Assembly (NCBI GenBank): GCA_965231095.1
Contig: OZ246416.1
Span: 436,380 to 500,379 of the forward strand
Direction of reading: 5' to 3'
Length of the DNA stretch: 64,000 nucleotides
Origin: an uncultured Gammaproteobacteria bacterium
GTDB lineage: Bacteria > Patescibacteriota > Patescibacteriia > XYB2-FULL-38-15
Positions within the stretch are counted from its first letter, which is position 1; each line of letters starts with the position of its first letter. Made by a program: the position numbers and the translations under genes. The notes beneath the pieces were generated by a model. It was not told the origin of the DNA, did no database searches, and was given only the letters and a program-made list of their open reading frames with translations. Of the stretch, positions 1 through 9,370 are shown one piece after another.

Positions 1-1199
1 ATTCCTTTTTCATAATATTCTTTTTCCACTTTGTATTGCAAAACTTCCATTAAATTTTCCGGCGTAAAAATTTCTCCGTTAAATTCAATGTTCCCGATTT
101 GGCGTAAAATATTTTCCATAAACGTCGGCGTAACCGCGATCACTGCGTCAATTTTCTTCTCGCGCCCGCCCTCTGCCCGATAAAACCATTGGGCTTGCGC
201 CGCCGCGGTCGGAAAATCTGGAGACCAGTTGGAATCCCGCAAAAACCAAGCGCCAACTCTTAAATATTTTCCAATCGGCGCCGGAGGGCTAACCCTAAGA
301 TATCTTTCCGCCGCGCCATCCAAGGCATAAACATTATCAGTATCAAATGTTTCCACATTTCCGTCTTTCACTTTTACAATTCCGTAGGTGCCGATAAATC
401 CGCCGGTCGGCCGGAGTTCATCACTGTTTTGTAAAAGAAAAAGATAAGTTTTTTCCGTAGGATAACCGGCAATCTTTGGCAAAATTTCCGCGGCGGGAAT
501 CGCTTTGGCAAGCACTCCTTGAATTTTTAATAACGCTTCTCGGACCGGCGCTAAAACTTTCAAAAGCTGCCCGGCGACTTCCCTCTCATCAATCTGATCC
601 AGGGCAAGCAGCGCCAAATCTATTTTTGCTTTCGCTCCGGTAAGGCGCGGCGGCGACTCAAAAAGTTTTTGTAAAAGTTCGCGTTTTTTCTCCGGACTGA
701 TTTCCGCGAAACTTGTCTCGCCGGAAATTGCCGGGATTCCTTTGACCACCGCTTCCGCGTCTCCCGTCACGCTGATAATTTCTTCGGCCACGCCGACAAG
801 ATCGCGCAAGGCCGACGAAGTTTGAACCCCAGACTGAAGCAGGCCCGCCGCGACGTCATACTGATTCCCAAGCCAGGGAATTTTACTTAAAAATTTTAAT
901 CTGCCAAAATTATTTGCCGCGGCGCTAAAATTATCTTCCGCCTCTTCCAAATACGCGCCGGCTTTTTCCAAATTCAACGCAGAAATTTCATTTGCCGCCG
1001 CTTCCAAATTTTGTTTTCCGCTTTCTGAAAGGCTATAAACTTTTCGGGCGGTTCCAAAATAAACTCCAACTAAAATCAAGCTCACGCCCACCACCGCGAC
1101 AAAAGCGTAAAGTAAAATTTTAACAAACAAAACCGCTCTTCGCTTTTCCGCTCTCGCGGGCCGGATAATATCTAAAAAATTTGTCCCCCTAAATTTCAT
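1..1199 (-). CDS. DUF4012-domain membrane-anchored protein (3' end runs off the window)
   Basis: Not in the ORF track. Manual translation from the ATG at 1199 gives MKFRGTNFLDII, an N-terminal TM helix, then YLFLLQNSDELRPTGGFIGTYG and WFLRDSNWSPDFP, motifs typical of DUF4012. The frame is open to position 1. Confidence 0.8.
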   Translation of the reverse strand, partial: MKFRGTNFLDIIRPARAEKRRAVLFVKILLYAFVAVVGVSLILVGVYFGTARKVYSLSESGKQNLEAAANEISALNLEKAGAYLEEAEDNFSAAANNFGRLKFLSKIPWLGNQYDVAAGLLQSGVQTSSALRDLVGVAEEIISVTGDAEAVVKGIPAISGETSFAEISPEKKRELLQKLFESPPRLTGAKAKIDLALLALDQIDEREVAGQLLKVLAPVREALLKIQGVLAKAIPAAEILPKIAGYPTEKTYLFLLQNSDELRPTGGFIGTYGIVKVKDGNVETFDTDNVYALDGAAERYLRVSPPAPIGKYLRVGAWFLRDSNWSPDFPTAAAQAQWFYRAEGGREKKIDAVIAVTPTFMENILRQIGNIEFNGEIFTPENLMEVLQYKVEKEYYEKG

Positions 1200-1220
1200 A
1201 AATTTATATAATGATTTATA

Positions 1221-2027
1221 TTATCTGCCGGTTGATTTTGTTTCCCTTCCCCATTTTTTAAAATATTTTAACCAGCTCGCCAAATGAATTCTTGTTACTT
1301 TTTTAAAAATTGCGCCCGACCAATGCCCCTCGGCCGATTCGCGGCGATGAAAATGAACCACGGAAACTTCCGGATCATAAACCACTTTCCATTTTTTCTC
1401 CCACATGCTCCGGCATAAATCAACATCATCAAAATACGCAAAATACCTTTCATCCAAAAATCCGACATCATCCAAAGATTTTCGCCTGATCAAAAGACAC
1501 CCGCCCAAAAGCCAATCAACTTCCCGGACAGAGTTATGATCAAAGTCTTTCATTAGATAATGATCTAATTTCTTTTTAGCAAAGTCAAATCGGCCAAGCG
1601 GCGTTCGGCGATAAGCCGGTTCCCAAAAATCCGGAAAACGATAACAAGAATATTGCAAAGATTTATCCGGATTCAAAAGTTTCGGTCCGACAATTCCCAC
1701 GTCCTGTCTTACATCCAAAAATTGAACTAATTTTTCAAGCGCTCCGGGAAAAACAATAATATCGGGATTCATAATCATCACATACTTCCCGCCCGCCGCT
1801 TTTATTCCCAAATTATTACCCTTGGCATAACCCAAATTTTTATCCGAAGCGATAAATTTAATTTCCGGAAAATTCTCCCGCATCATCGCAGAGGTTCCGT
1901 CGCCCGAGGCGTTATCAACCACGATAATTTCATAATCCAATTTCGGCTGGACCATTTTTATTCCCCTCAAACATTCTTTTAGCAACCCGCGCGCCTTATA
2001 ATTTAAGATAATTATTGATAAATCCAT
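1221..2027 (-). CDS. GT2 family glycosyltransferase (WbbL/rhamnosyltransferase-like)
   Basis: SIIILNY, VVDNASGDGT, NPD, GFLDERYFAYFDDVDLC. Probable start MDLS at 2027. Confidence 0.9.
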   Translation of the reverse strand: MDLSIIILNYKARGLLKECLRGIKMVQPKLDYEIIVVDNASGDGTSAMMRENFPEIKFIASDKNLGYAKGNNLGIKAAGGKYVMIMNPDIIVFPGALEKLVQFLDVRQDVGIVGPKLLNPDKSLQYSCYRFPDFWEPAYRRTPLGRFDFAKKKLDHYLMKDFDHNSVREVDWLLGGCLLIRRKSLDDVGFLDERYFAYFDDVDLCRSMWEKKWKVVYDPEVSVVHFHRRESAEGHWSGAIFKKVTRIHLASWLKYFKKWGRETKSTGR

Positions 2028-2029
2028 AT

Positions 2030-3028
2030 TTAAGAAAACCACTTTTTCATTTCCGCCATATTAACTTTTTTATTTTTCATAATCAACTTTCTTTTTTTCC
2101 ACATCTTAACAAATTTTTTAAAAAATTCTCCGAGACCGCGCAATGTCCTCGTTTCAAAAATCAAAAGATAAATTAATTTTTTAAATTCATACCATTTTAT
2201 CCGATAACCGTACCGCCACCAAACCCCCGCGGAAACATTTTTCAACAAAATAAATAAATGATTTTTATAAGAATGATAATTAACAAAGGCTGATTTGTTT
2301 TTCCGCGCCCTGGCCGAGGCCGAATCACTTTTGGCCACGCTTCTTGCCGTCCTGTCATGATAACCCTTTGCTGTCGGTACCAACCACGCCTTAAATCCGG
2401 CGAGCCGCAGACGATAAGCTAAATCCAAATCTTCTTTATAGCTAAAAAAATCTTCGTCAAAAAATTCTCCGTTAATCGCGACTTCGTTTAGAGCCGACCG
2501 CCGATAAACCGCCGCTGCCCCGGATACCCCAAATACTTCCCGCGGCGCGCCCCCTTCTTCCAAATCCATCTCCCCCGCTCCAAGTTCAATCGCCCGATGA
2601 TTTTTAAAAACTTTTATCCCGACTGAATCAATCAAGTCTGTTTTTTGGTTATTGACAAAATCCCAATACAAAAGTTTTCCCGTCACGGCCGCCGCCTCCG
2701 CGCGGCTATCTAAAAATTTTATAATCTCGTCCAAAAAATTCGGCTCTAAAATTATGTCCTGATTCAAAATTAAAACATATTCACTTTCCGTAACGCGAAG
2801 CGCCCGATTGTGCCCGGCGGCAAACCCGACATTTTTTTCATTAAATTCCACTCGGCAATCTAAAACCGGCAGCAGAGAATTTTTTAAATATTCCACCGTG
2901 CCGTCAGTTGAACCATTATCCAAAATAAAAAGGGAAAAATCGCGAAAAGTTTGTTTAGCAATTGAATCCAAACAATATGGCAAATATTTTTTCCCGTTCC
3001 AAGTTACTAAATTTATGGAAACTTTCAT
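2030..3028 (-). CDS. GT2 family glycosyltransferase
   Basis: VTWNG, LDNGSTDGT, LNQD, FDEDFFSYKEDLDL. Probable start MKVSIN at 3028. Confidence 0.9.
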   Translation of the reverse strand: MKVSINLVTWNGKKYLPYCLDSIAKQTFRDFSLFILDNGSTDGTVEYLKNSLLPVLDCRVEFNEKNVGFAAGHNRALRVTESEYVLILNQDIILEPNFLDEIIKFLDSRAEAAAVTGKLLYWDFVNNQKTDLIDSVGIKVFKNHRAIELGAGEMDLEEGGAPREVFGVSGAAAVYRRSALNEVAINGEFFDEDFFSYKEDLDLAYRLRLAGFKAWLVPTAKGYHDRTARSVAKSDSASARARKNKSAFVNYHSYKNHLFILLKNVSAGVWWRYGYRIKWYEFKKLIYLLIFETRTLRGLGEFFKKFVKMWKKRKLIMKNKKVNMAEMKKWFS

Positions 3029-3043
3029 TTCGCACGATACAAC

Positions 3044-3085
3044 AATCAACCGTTAATTGTTAACTGTTAATTGTCAATTGTTAAT
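3044..3085. repeat. Degenerate 7-nt tandem array (consensus tgttaat, six units)
   Basis: aatcaac cgttaat tgttaac tgttaat tgtcaat tgttaat, between two GT2 genes. Confidence 0.85.
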
Positions 3086-3087
3086 TA

Positions 3088-4605
3088 TTATTTCCTCGCC
3101 TTCTCCGTCACCCAAAACCCTAAATATTTTCCAAGCATCAGTCTTGTTTGCGCTTCCACGGCTGGGATTGAACCAAATAAAATCAAAGAAATCGGAAGCA
3201 ACGCCCATTGGGCAAGCATGATAATAAATTTAAACGGACTCTGATTTTTTGGCCGCGGAGGAAGTAAAAATAAAAATAAAATCGCGGAAACAACCATCCC
3301 AAGCATGGCGGCGGTCAGGAGCCACTGCAGGACAAGCGGCGCGGTCTGAAAAAACGCCGTTGTTCCAATCTTATCTTTTCCAACCCAAAGCGGCAATTTG
3401 CTCAAAACAAACATCAGGATCGGCGCGGTTGCCCAAGAATACATCCCCTCTCCCAGATTCCAAAGATATTTAATTTTTTTCCAAAAAGGAATTTTTGGCA
3501 CGGCGATTTCTCCGCTATCAGTCTTCAATGTCCCGCGAGAAAAATGCCAAACCATATATGGAAAATGCTCCACTCCCCAAGCCCAACGCCGCTGTTGTTT
3601 ATAAAGATTAACCAAGCTTTTCCAGGGGGTCTCGGCCATTACCGTATCCATGGAAACCGGAACATACATTGGCACAACTTCAAACTCCCCGCCATAACGG
3701 ATAAAACATTGTAAAAAAATTCTTGAATCATCAGTGACAATATCTTTCTGCCAAAAATCAACATCAACTAACGCCTTGAAAGCGATGCTGTGCGAAGAAA
3801 AAGTAAAAAGCCGATCGGGTTTTGCAAGTTCTGTTAGCAACCAAAAAGTTGTGCCAAAGGCCGCGACGCGCATCAGGGACATTGAATCCCAGATATTATT
3901 ATTGTAGAGCGCCACCGGCTGAAAGGCCGCCCGCTCCCGCCCGGGATGCGTGATATATTTATATGCCAGGCACGAAAAATATTCCGGATGCACGCAAGTA
4001 TCGCTATCGAAATAAGAAACAATAATTTTTTCATAAGAAATTTTAAGTTCGTCAATCAATTCTTTGGCGCGAAAACCGGCCCAGTGCGCGTTTGCCCCCT
4101 TGCCCTTAATTTCTCCAACCAAATTATCCGGATGCACAGTAGTAAGCAACCGAAAAAAATTATTACCGAATTCCTTTTTAATTTCCTCCACATTTTTTAA
4201 AAAATTTTCTTTATTTCTTTCTTCGCCGGACAAAACCACTATCATCTTATCTTTTGAATAATTTGAAGCTATCAAACTTTTAAACGTGCAACGCAAAACT
4301 TCAAGTGGTTCTTTGGAGGTCGGCAAAATTATCAAATGATAATAATTCTGCCAATCCGGCAATTCTTGAACTTTTTTCCACCAATCTGTCTTTACATCTT
4401 TTTTAAAACGCCGCCAAGAAATTGCCATGTAAAAAACGAAATACAGCACGCGGAAAAGCCAATAAATACAAAAAATTATCACGAAATAAATTACCCAAAG
4501 CGGTTTCCAAAAAGAAAGCAAAATAGCCAAAATAAAAGTAACCCAGACGAGCGCGCCTGGAATAATTTCTAACATTCTATATTTTGTCCTGTCGGTAATC
4601 TTCAT
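3088..4605 (-). CDS. Processive-type membrane GT2 glycosyltransferase (D, DxD, TDD, QxxRW)
   Basis: N- and C-terminal TM helices; KGKGAN, FDSD, TDD and QQRRWAWG motifs. Confidence 0.85.
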   Translation of the reverse strand: MKITDRTKYRMLEIIPGALVWVTFILAILLSFWKPLWVIYFVIIFCIYWLFRVLYFVFYMAISWRRFKKDVKTDWWKKVQELPDWQNYYHLIILPTSKEPLEVLRCTFKSLIASNYSKDKMIVVLSGEERNKENFLKNVEEIKKEFGNNFFRLLTTVHPDNLVGEIKGKGANAHWAGFRAKELIDELKISYEKIIVSYFDSDTCVHPEYFSCLAYKYITHPGRERAAFQPVALYNNNIWDSMSLMRVAAFGTTFWLLTELAKPDRLFTFSSHSIAFKALVDVDFWQKDIVTDDSRIFLQCFIRYGGEFEVVPMYVPVSMDTVMAETPWKSLVNLYKQQRRWAWGVEHFPYMVWHFSRGTLKTDSGEIAVPKIPFWKKIKYLWNLGEGMYSWATAPILMFVLSKLPLWVGKDKIGTTAFFQTAPLVLQWLLTAAMLGMVVSAILFLFLLPPRPKNQSPFKFIIMLAQWALLPISLILFGSIPAVEAQTRLMLGKYLGFWVTEKARK

Positions 4606-4665
4606 AAGGTTGATTACGGCAAAATTCAAAATAAAGCTCTCTTTTTAGCTCTAATTTCTGTTTAA

Positions 4666-4694
4666 ATCATAATTCATTTAAGCGATTTTGTCAA
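4666..4694 (-). promoter_or_regulatory. Sigma70-type promoter for the GT2 operon
   Basis: Minus strand TTGACA, 17-nt spacer, TATGAT. Confidence 0.7.
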
Positions 4695-4749
4695 CCCTCA
4701 CCAAAGTCAAGGGGTATTATTTTATCCGAAATAAACCTCTAAATTTAAA

Positions 4750-4783
4750 TAAAAAAACCGGCCAGTATTTAAAACCAGCCGGG
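4750..4783 (-). terminator. Intrinsic terminator after the 4796-5377 gene
   Basis: Minus strand ccggctgg..ctggccgg stem followed by a T run. Confidence 0.65.
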
Positions 4784-4795
4784 ACGGGACCTTCC

Positions 4796-5377
4796 TCACT
4801 TACTGCCACCGTTCTTACGCTCTTCTCCGCGAAGCCTCCGCAAAAGCCGCCAGGCGATCCAGTGGTAGGTTTTAATAAGGGCAAGACGTGTCTTGCCGAT
4901 TGTGTCAACGCCCTCGCTTGTTACGGGGCGAAGCGGCTTATCCTTACTACAAGATACCTTGAAGGAAATCTGGACATGATGGCTCCGGTCGAACTCTGAC
5001 TCGAAGGCGCAGTAACCGACTACGCGTACCTCTTCAAGATATTGCTCGATCTCTGGCCAGCGCCGCCGAACCGCCTCGTGCAGAGCGCATCTGACAACGT
5101 CGACAGAACCAAGCTCGCCATCGTAGGCATGCCCATTCTTCTCTCGATCCTTAATTACCCTCTCGTCGACGATTTCGACAAGTTGATCGTCAAGAGACAA
5201 AACGAGATGGACCTTCACCCAGCTACTACACTCATCTATCCAGTGGTTATCTACCTTGAACGTGACCACATGAAACTGCGGCGCCCTACCCGCGGCGATT
5301 GCCCCCGCCAACTCCTTCTCAATCGTGTTGTTTGTCTCGGACTCCTCCCCCTCGGGCCCTTCCTCGCACTCTGTCAC
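4796..5377 (-). CDS. Hypothetical GC-rich protein resembling a stand-alone LeuA/CimA allosteric (regulatory) domain
   Basis: GELGSVDVVRCALHEAV..WPEI..VRVVGY..VQISFKVS..TSEGVDTIGKTRLALIKTY parallels the GxGPVDA..AL..YP....L.DY..V.V....TVG...IIEAS..AL pattern. Matched by eye only. Confidence 0.5.
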   Translation of the reverse strand: MTECEEGPEGEESETNNTIEKELAGAIAAGRAPQFHVVTFKVDNHWIDECSSWVKVHLVLSLDDQLVEIVDERVIKDREKNGHAYDGELGSVDVVRCALHEAVRRRWPEIEQYLEEVRVVGYCAFESEFDRSHHVQISFKVSCSKDKPLRPVTSEGVDTIGKTRLALIKTYHWIAWRLLRRLRGEERKNGGSK

Positions 5378-5440
5378 GCCCGACCTTCTTTCTACCCCTC
5401 CCCATTTAGAAAAACGGATCCGTCAATCCGCTCAAAAACA

Positions 5441-5469
5441 AATTTATCACAAATAAAAAAACAAGTCCA
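5441..5469 (-). promoter_or_regulatory. Putative promoter overlapping the upstream terminator stem
   Basis: Minus strand TGGACT, 17-nt spacer, TAAATT with an extended TG. The -35 lies in the aagtccgg/ctggactt hairpin. Confidence 0.5.
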
Positions 5470-5499
5470 GTTTTTGCCCGGACTTATTTTTTCTAAAAA

Positions 5500-5811
5500 T
5501 TATTTTATGTGTTTTTTGACATCACTCCATTTTGTTTTCAAATCTTCCACAACCGCCTCAACCTGCGTTTTGGCCATATTTTTTCTTTTACCATACTCCT
5601 TCACCACTTTTTCCACGACCTCATCGTATTTTTCTTTGCTTATCACTTTCATCTTCCCAACCGCTTCCAAAATTTTGGCAGTGAGCTCCGGATACTTCAT
5701 TTTAAATTCTTCTTGCCGCGTCTTGCCGGTCTTTTTTGTGGTGAAAAGCGCGACGGCCGTACCAATCAAGGCTCCAAGAAGAGCGCCCTTCATAAATGTG
5801 TTTTTACCCAT
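5500..5811 (-). CDS. YtxH-like protein
   Basis: FMKGALLGALIGTAVALFTTKKTGK N-terminus followed by a charged helical region. Confidence 0.65.
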   Translation of the reverse strand: MGKNTFMKGALLGALIGTAVALFTTKKTGKTRQEEFKMKYPELTAKILEAVGKMKVISKEKYDEVVEKVVKEYGKRKNMAKTQVEAVVEDLKTKWSDVKKHIK

Positions 5812-5821
5812 AAATTTTAAA

Positions 5822-6292
5822 TTATTTATAAATTACTATTATGCGCCTAACAATTAAATCCTTTTTTCTTCTTAAGTATCCTCCTCGAAAATCAAACCAA
5901 ACTCTTTTAAACATTTTCTTTTCCATTTTTTTAATTTTTCCAAACTCGGGATCGGCTAAATAAATATTTTTTTGAGCCAGGCCAACCGCGACCGAATAAT
6001 GGCCGCCATCCACCGAAAACCAATCTATAATAACCGGTATGTTTTTTTTCAAATAAAAATTTATATCGGAAAAATCGGAAAAATCTTTTACTAAAATTTT
6101 AAAACCAAAATATTTCGCGGCTCGCTTAAATCCTTCCAGGCCCGTCCCCTTGCTTTTTGTGGTCCGGCAAATTTTTACCAATTTTTTTTCACTCTCTTTT
6201 ACGCCATAAAGATCTAAAATCATTTTTAGGGAAGCTGGCCCGCAGGAACTCCACCCCGCTGTTTGTTCATAAGGTTTTACTTTAAGCATCAT
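5822..6292 (-). CDS. Stand-alone C39-family cysteine peptidase
   Basis: Q..SCGPASLKM, GHYSV and LADP give the C-H-D triad. No ABC transporter fusion. Confidence 0.8.
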   Translation of the reverse strand: MMLKVKPYEQTAGWSSCGPASLKMILDLYGVKESEKKLVKICRTTKSKGTGLEGFKRAAKYFGFKILVKDFSDFSDINFYLKKNIPVIIDWFSVDGGHYSVAVGLAQKNIYLADPEFGKIKKMEKKMFKRVWFDFRGGYLRRKKDLIVRRIIVIYK

Positions 6293-6440
6293 ATTATTTA
6301 ATTAGTTTACCATAAAAATATAAAATAAAAAAGAACCACTAGATTTTCCGAGCTTTCCACCATTTTTTCTATCACAAATAAAAAAGCAACAAATAAAAAT
6401 ACCCGCCAAAAAGACGGATATTTTAGTCGCGACTAAAAAT

Positions 6441-6815
6441 TTACGCTTGCGGCCCCATTGGCGGCGGAGTCATTGCCGTCGCTTTCTTAACTCTAAGAAG
6501 CGGCGCTAAAAGAACCAAGCCGTAGCCCAGCCACAATTCCCAAGCCATAAAAATTTCCGAATTAAACCGCATTGTCACAATCCCATCCAAGATCACGCCA
6601 ACCACAACCCATGAAGCGCCGTAGCCCAACGCCATGCCTAAATTTTTTGGTTTAGCATAACCCGCCAAAACAAAAGAAATCACACCGGAAATAACAGCAA
6701 AACTAATATTCAACCAAAGTGATTCGGGAATCTTAAAACCGATAGCAATGGAAACAATCACAAACATCAGCACCCAAAGCAGAGCGCCAAAACCCAACAT
6801 TTTTTTCCAATTCAT
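6441..6815 (-). CDS. Small four-TM membrane protein
   Basis: Four hydrophobic segments; strong SD (aagggaggtg) upstream. Confidence 0.75.
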   Translation of the reverse strand: MNWKKMLGFGALLWVLMFVIVSIAIGFKIPESLWLNISFAVISGVISFVLAGYAKPKNLGMALGYGASWVVVGVILDGIVTMRFNSEIFMAWELWLGYGLVLLAPLLRVKKATAMTPPPMGPQA

Positions 6816-6834
6816 AAATTCACCTCCCTTCCGT

Positions 6835-8073
6835 TTAAGGATGATAAATTATTCTATAAATCACGCCGGCTTTATCGTCGGAAACATAAGCCGCGCCATC
6901 AAAAAATAAAATTCCCGCCGGACGGCCAAGAACTTCTCCCTCTGCCGTGAGCCAACCGGAAATAAAATCTTCCTCGCCCAAATAATTTCCATCGGCATCC
7001 AATCTATAACGCGCAATTTTATATCCGGTCGGCGCGCTTCTATTCCAGGAACCATGATATGCCACCAATAAATTATTTTGAAAATCCGCCGGCCAACCAC
7101 TCTCTGCCGGAATAAAATCTAAACCCAGCGGCGCCGAGTGCGCCGGAATATCAATGTACGACGCCGTTTCAAATGGCTCCGTGCACGGATTTCTAATATA
7201 AACATTTTTATCAAAATTTGTGTCATGAACATTTTTACCATAACAGGTCGGCCAACCATAATTTTTCCCCTCGTGAATTATATTAATTTCATCGGGCGGT
7301 AAATTATCACCCAAAAAATCTCGTCCCATTTCTGTCGCCCAAATTTCCCCGGTCACCGGATGCCGAGCCATAAAAACAGAATTGCGCAACCCGGAGGAAA
7401 AAGTTCCCAGAGCTCCGGTTTTTACATCAGCCATCAAAATTTTTGCCCGCCGCGCGTCGCTCTCATTACAAACATCGCAAGACGAACCGACCGCAATTAA
7501 AATTTTCTGCGGATCGCTCGGCAAAAACTGCAACGTCCGAGTAAAATGCCGGCCGCCGCCGGGCAAATCTAAAATTTTTCTGCCATTGGTCGCGGCAGCA
7601 GTTTTTTTATCATAATCATAAACCAATAATTTATCTGATTCCGCAACATACAAATTACAACTTTCCCCATCACATTTCACCGCCAAGCCATGCGGACTAT
7701 TGAGGCCGCTAAGTACGGTGGCATTTTCGTCAGCCACGCCGTCTCTATTTTTATCAGGTAACGTCAAAACTTTCCCGGCGCCCGTCACGCTAACAAGCAA
7801 CCGTCCGGCCCCGTCGGAAAGAATAACCCGCGGTGTTCCTAAATTTTTGGCAAAAATTGAGATGGAAAAACCGTCTGGCAAGGCCAGTGGAAATTCCGGC
7901 GGAATTATTTTTTGGGGAACACTATTTTGATTTTCTAAAGAATTTACGATATTAACCGATGGCTCGCTAACATTTCTCCAAAATCCACCAAAATTTTTCC
8001 AAAAATAAAATATTCCCCACCCGACGGTGGCCAAAAAAATCACGGCAACCGCGCCCAAAATTATTTTTTTCAT
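6835..8073 (-). CDS. PQQ-dependent sugar (sorbosone/glucose) dehydrogenase-family beta-propeller
   Basis: GGGRHFTR, GSSCDVC, GLRNSV, GRD.LGDNLPPDE, YGWP, AHSAPLG, HGSWNRS; N-terminal anchor. Confidence 0.85.
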   Translation of the reverse strand: MKKIILGAVAVIFLATVGWGIFYFWKNFGGFWRNVSEPSVNIVNSLENQNSVPQKIIPPEFPLALPDGFSISIFAKNLGTPRVILSDGAGRLLVSVTGAGKVLTLPDKNRDGVADENATVLSGLNSPHGLAVKCDGESCNLYVAESDKLLVYDYDKKTAAATNGRKILDLPGGGRHFTRTLQFLPSDPQKILIAVGSSCDVCNESDARRAKILMADVKTGALGTFSSGLRNSVFMARHPVTGEIWATEMGRDFLGDNLPPDEINIIHEGKNYGWPTCYGKNVHDTNFDKNVYIRNPCTEPFETASYIDIPAHSAPLGLDFIPAESGWPADFQNNLLVAYHGSWNRSAPTGYKIARYRLDADGNYLGEEDFISGWLTAEGEVLGRPAGILFFDGAAYVSDDKAGVIYRIIYHP

Positions 8074-8115
8074 ATTTTAAACTAAAACCCCGGAAATAAA
8101 TCCGGGGTATAATTT

Positions 8116-8847
8116 TTATTCTGCTAAAGGAAGCGCCGTCAGATTCGTGTTGCTAATTCCCAAACCCAGCTCTCTCATAATCCTGAAGGCGTCATCCGGC
8201 CGGCCAAGATAATATTTTTTTCTGTCTTTTGGATAAATGTAATACGCTTCGCCGTGCGCCTCCACATCAAGTAAAATTCTTCCGACAACATGCGAAGGAA
8301 AATAAGTTGTGTTTGTTATAAAATCATGAGTCGCGCCGAGCCCGAGCGTCCGCATCACGCTAAACGCGTCTGCCGGCCTCCCCAAATAATAACCTTTTTG
8401 ATTCACCGGATAATAGTAATACGCCTCACCATGTTTTTCTACCGCCAAAAAAATGTAACCAATGTATTTTGCCAAACTTGCCGTAGAGGCTGAGCTGCCC
8501 GAACTTCCACTTGTTGTCCCGGAAGTATTTGTCAAAGCCTTGTCAGTGAGCTGCATTAAAACTTGCCCAACCCAACCAACCGTCCCATCAGCCAACTCCA
8601 CTTTATACCAACCGTCGGTTTCACCGATAACTTTAATAACCGATCCCTTGACCACGGTTTTTAAAATCGTGGAATTTACCGTGCATGGCTCGTTTCGAAC
8701 GTAAGCACTAATTACGACTTCGCCGCGCAAATCGCGCTCATAAATCGGATCACAGCCGCAACATTCCCCGGCCCCTACCTCGCCGCTTGGCCAAAAAATG
8801 AAAACCAAGACAGCCAAAACTACAATGGAAAATGCCTGTTTTTTCAT
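8116..8847 (-). CDS. Secreted protein with an SH3b domain and two CPR-type GRILL..GEAYY repeats
   Basis: Signal peptide; YVRNEP..GWYKV..GWV SH3-like region; duplicated L.VE.HGEAYY.YP....YYLGRP.DAF..MR.LGLG unit. Confidence 0.7.
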   Translation of the reverse strand: MKKQAFSIVVLAVLVFIFWPSGEVGAGECCGCDPIYERDLRGEVVISAYVRNEPCTVNSTILKTVVKGSVIKVIGETDGWYKVELADGTVGWVGQVLMQLTDKALTNTSGTTSGSSGSSASTASLAKYIGYIFLAVEKHGEAYYYYPVNQKGYYLGRPADAFSVMRTLGLGATHDFITNTTYFPSHVVGRILLDVEAHGEAYYIYPKDRKKYYLGRPDDAFRIMRELGLGISNTNLTALPLAE

Positions 8848-8926
8848 AATTTTAAGATTATGATTTAGCCGGACGCTGATTAAATTTTACCATATTTTAA
8901 AATCAACGTCCATTTCCATTATAACG

Positions 8927-9280
8927 TTAATACACCCTCTTAAATTTCACGACAAAAACCGGTTCGTATTTATTTTCATATTCGTCCGTCACTTGAACCG
9001 TCTCGCCTTTTACGAAAGTATTTAAAGCCAAATCGGAAAGCATTTCCGCATCGGTTTCCGTGTCCGCCTTTAAAGTTTCAAGTTCAGAAAACTCGGAAGA
9101 AAAATCTCCTCGCACGTCCATTTCAATTTTTTTCTTTTTCTCGCGCAAAGTTTTTAGATCCTCCACAATTTTTCCGTAGTCAGCGCTCCCGGCTAACGCC
9201 TCTTTATACGCCGATCTGATTTCCTTTTGTTTCTTTTTTGTTTTTTGCATGCGAAGCCAAACTTCTTGAAGATTTGCCAT
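8927..9280 (-). CDS. Conserved coiled-coil hypothetical protein
   Basis: Long ORF with host-like codon usage; probable start MANLQE. Confidence 0.65.
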   Translation of the reverse strand: MANLQEVWLRMQKTKKKQKEIRSAYKEALAGSADYGKIVEDLKTLREKKKKIEMDVRGDFSSEFSELETLKADTETDAEMLSDLALNTFVKGETVQVTDEYENKYEPVFVVKFKRVY

Positions 9281-9370
9281 ACGAAATTTTAATATTAATT
9301 TTTTAATCAAAAAACCGGTTATCCACCTCCGTTTAACCGGATTAATTTATTTTACTACAAATCTTAAACT

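Noticed and set aside
5042-5857. 271-aa plus-strand ORF
   Set aside because: Antisense shadow across two better-supported minus-strand genes and their promoter and terminator.
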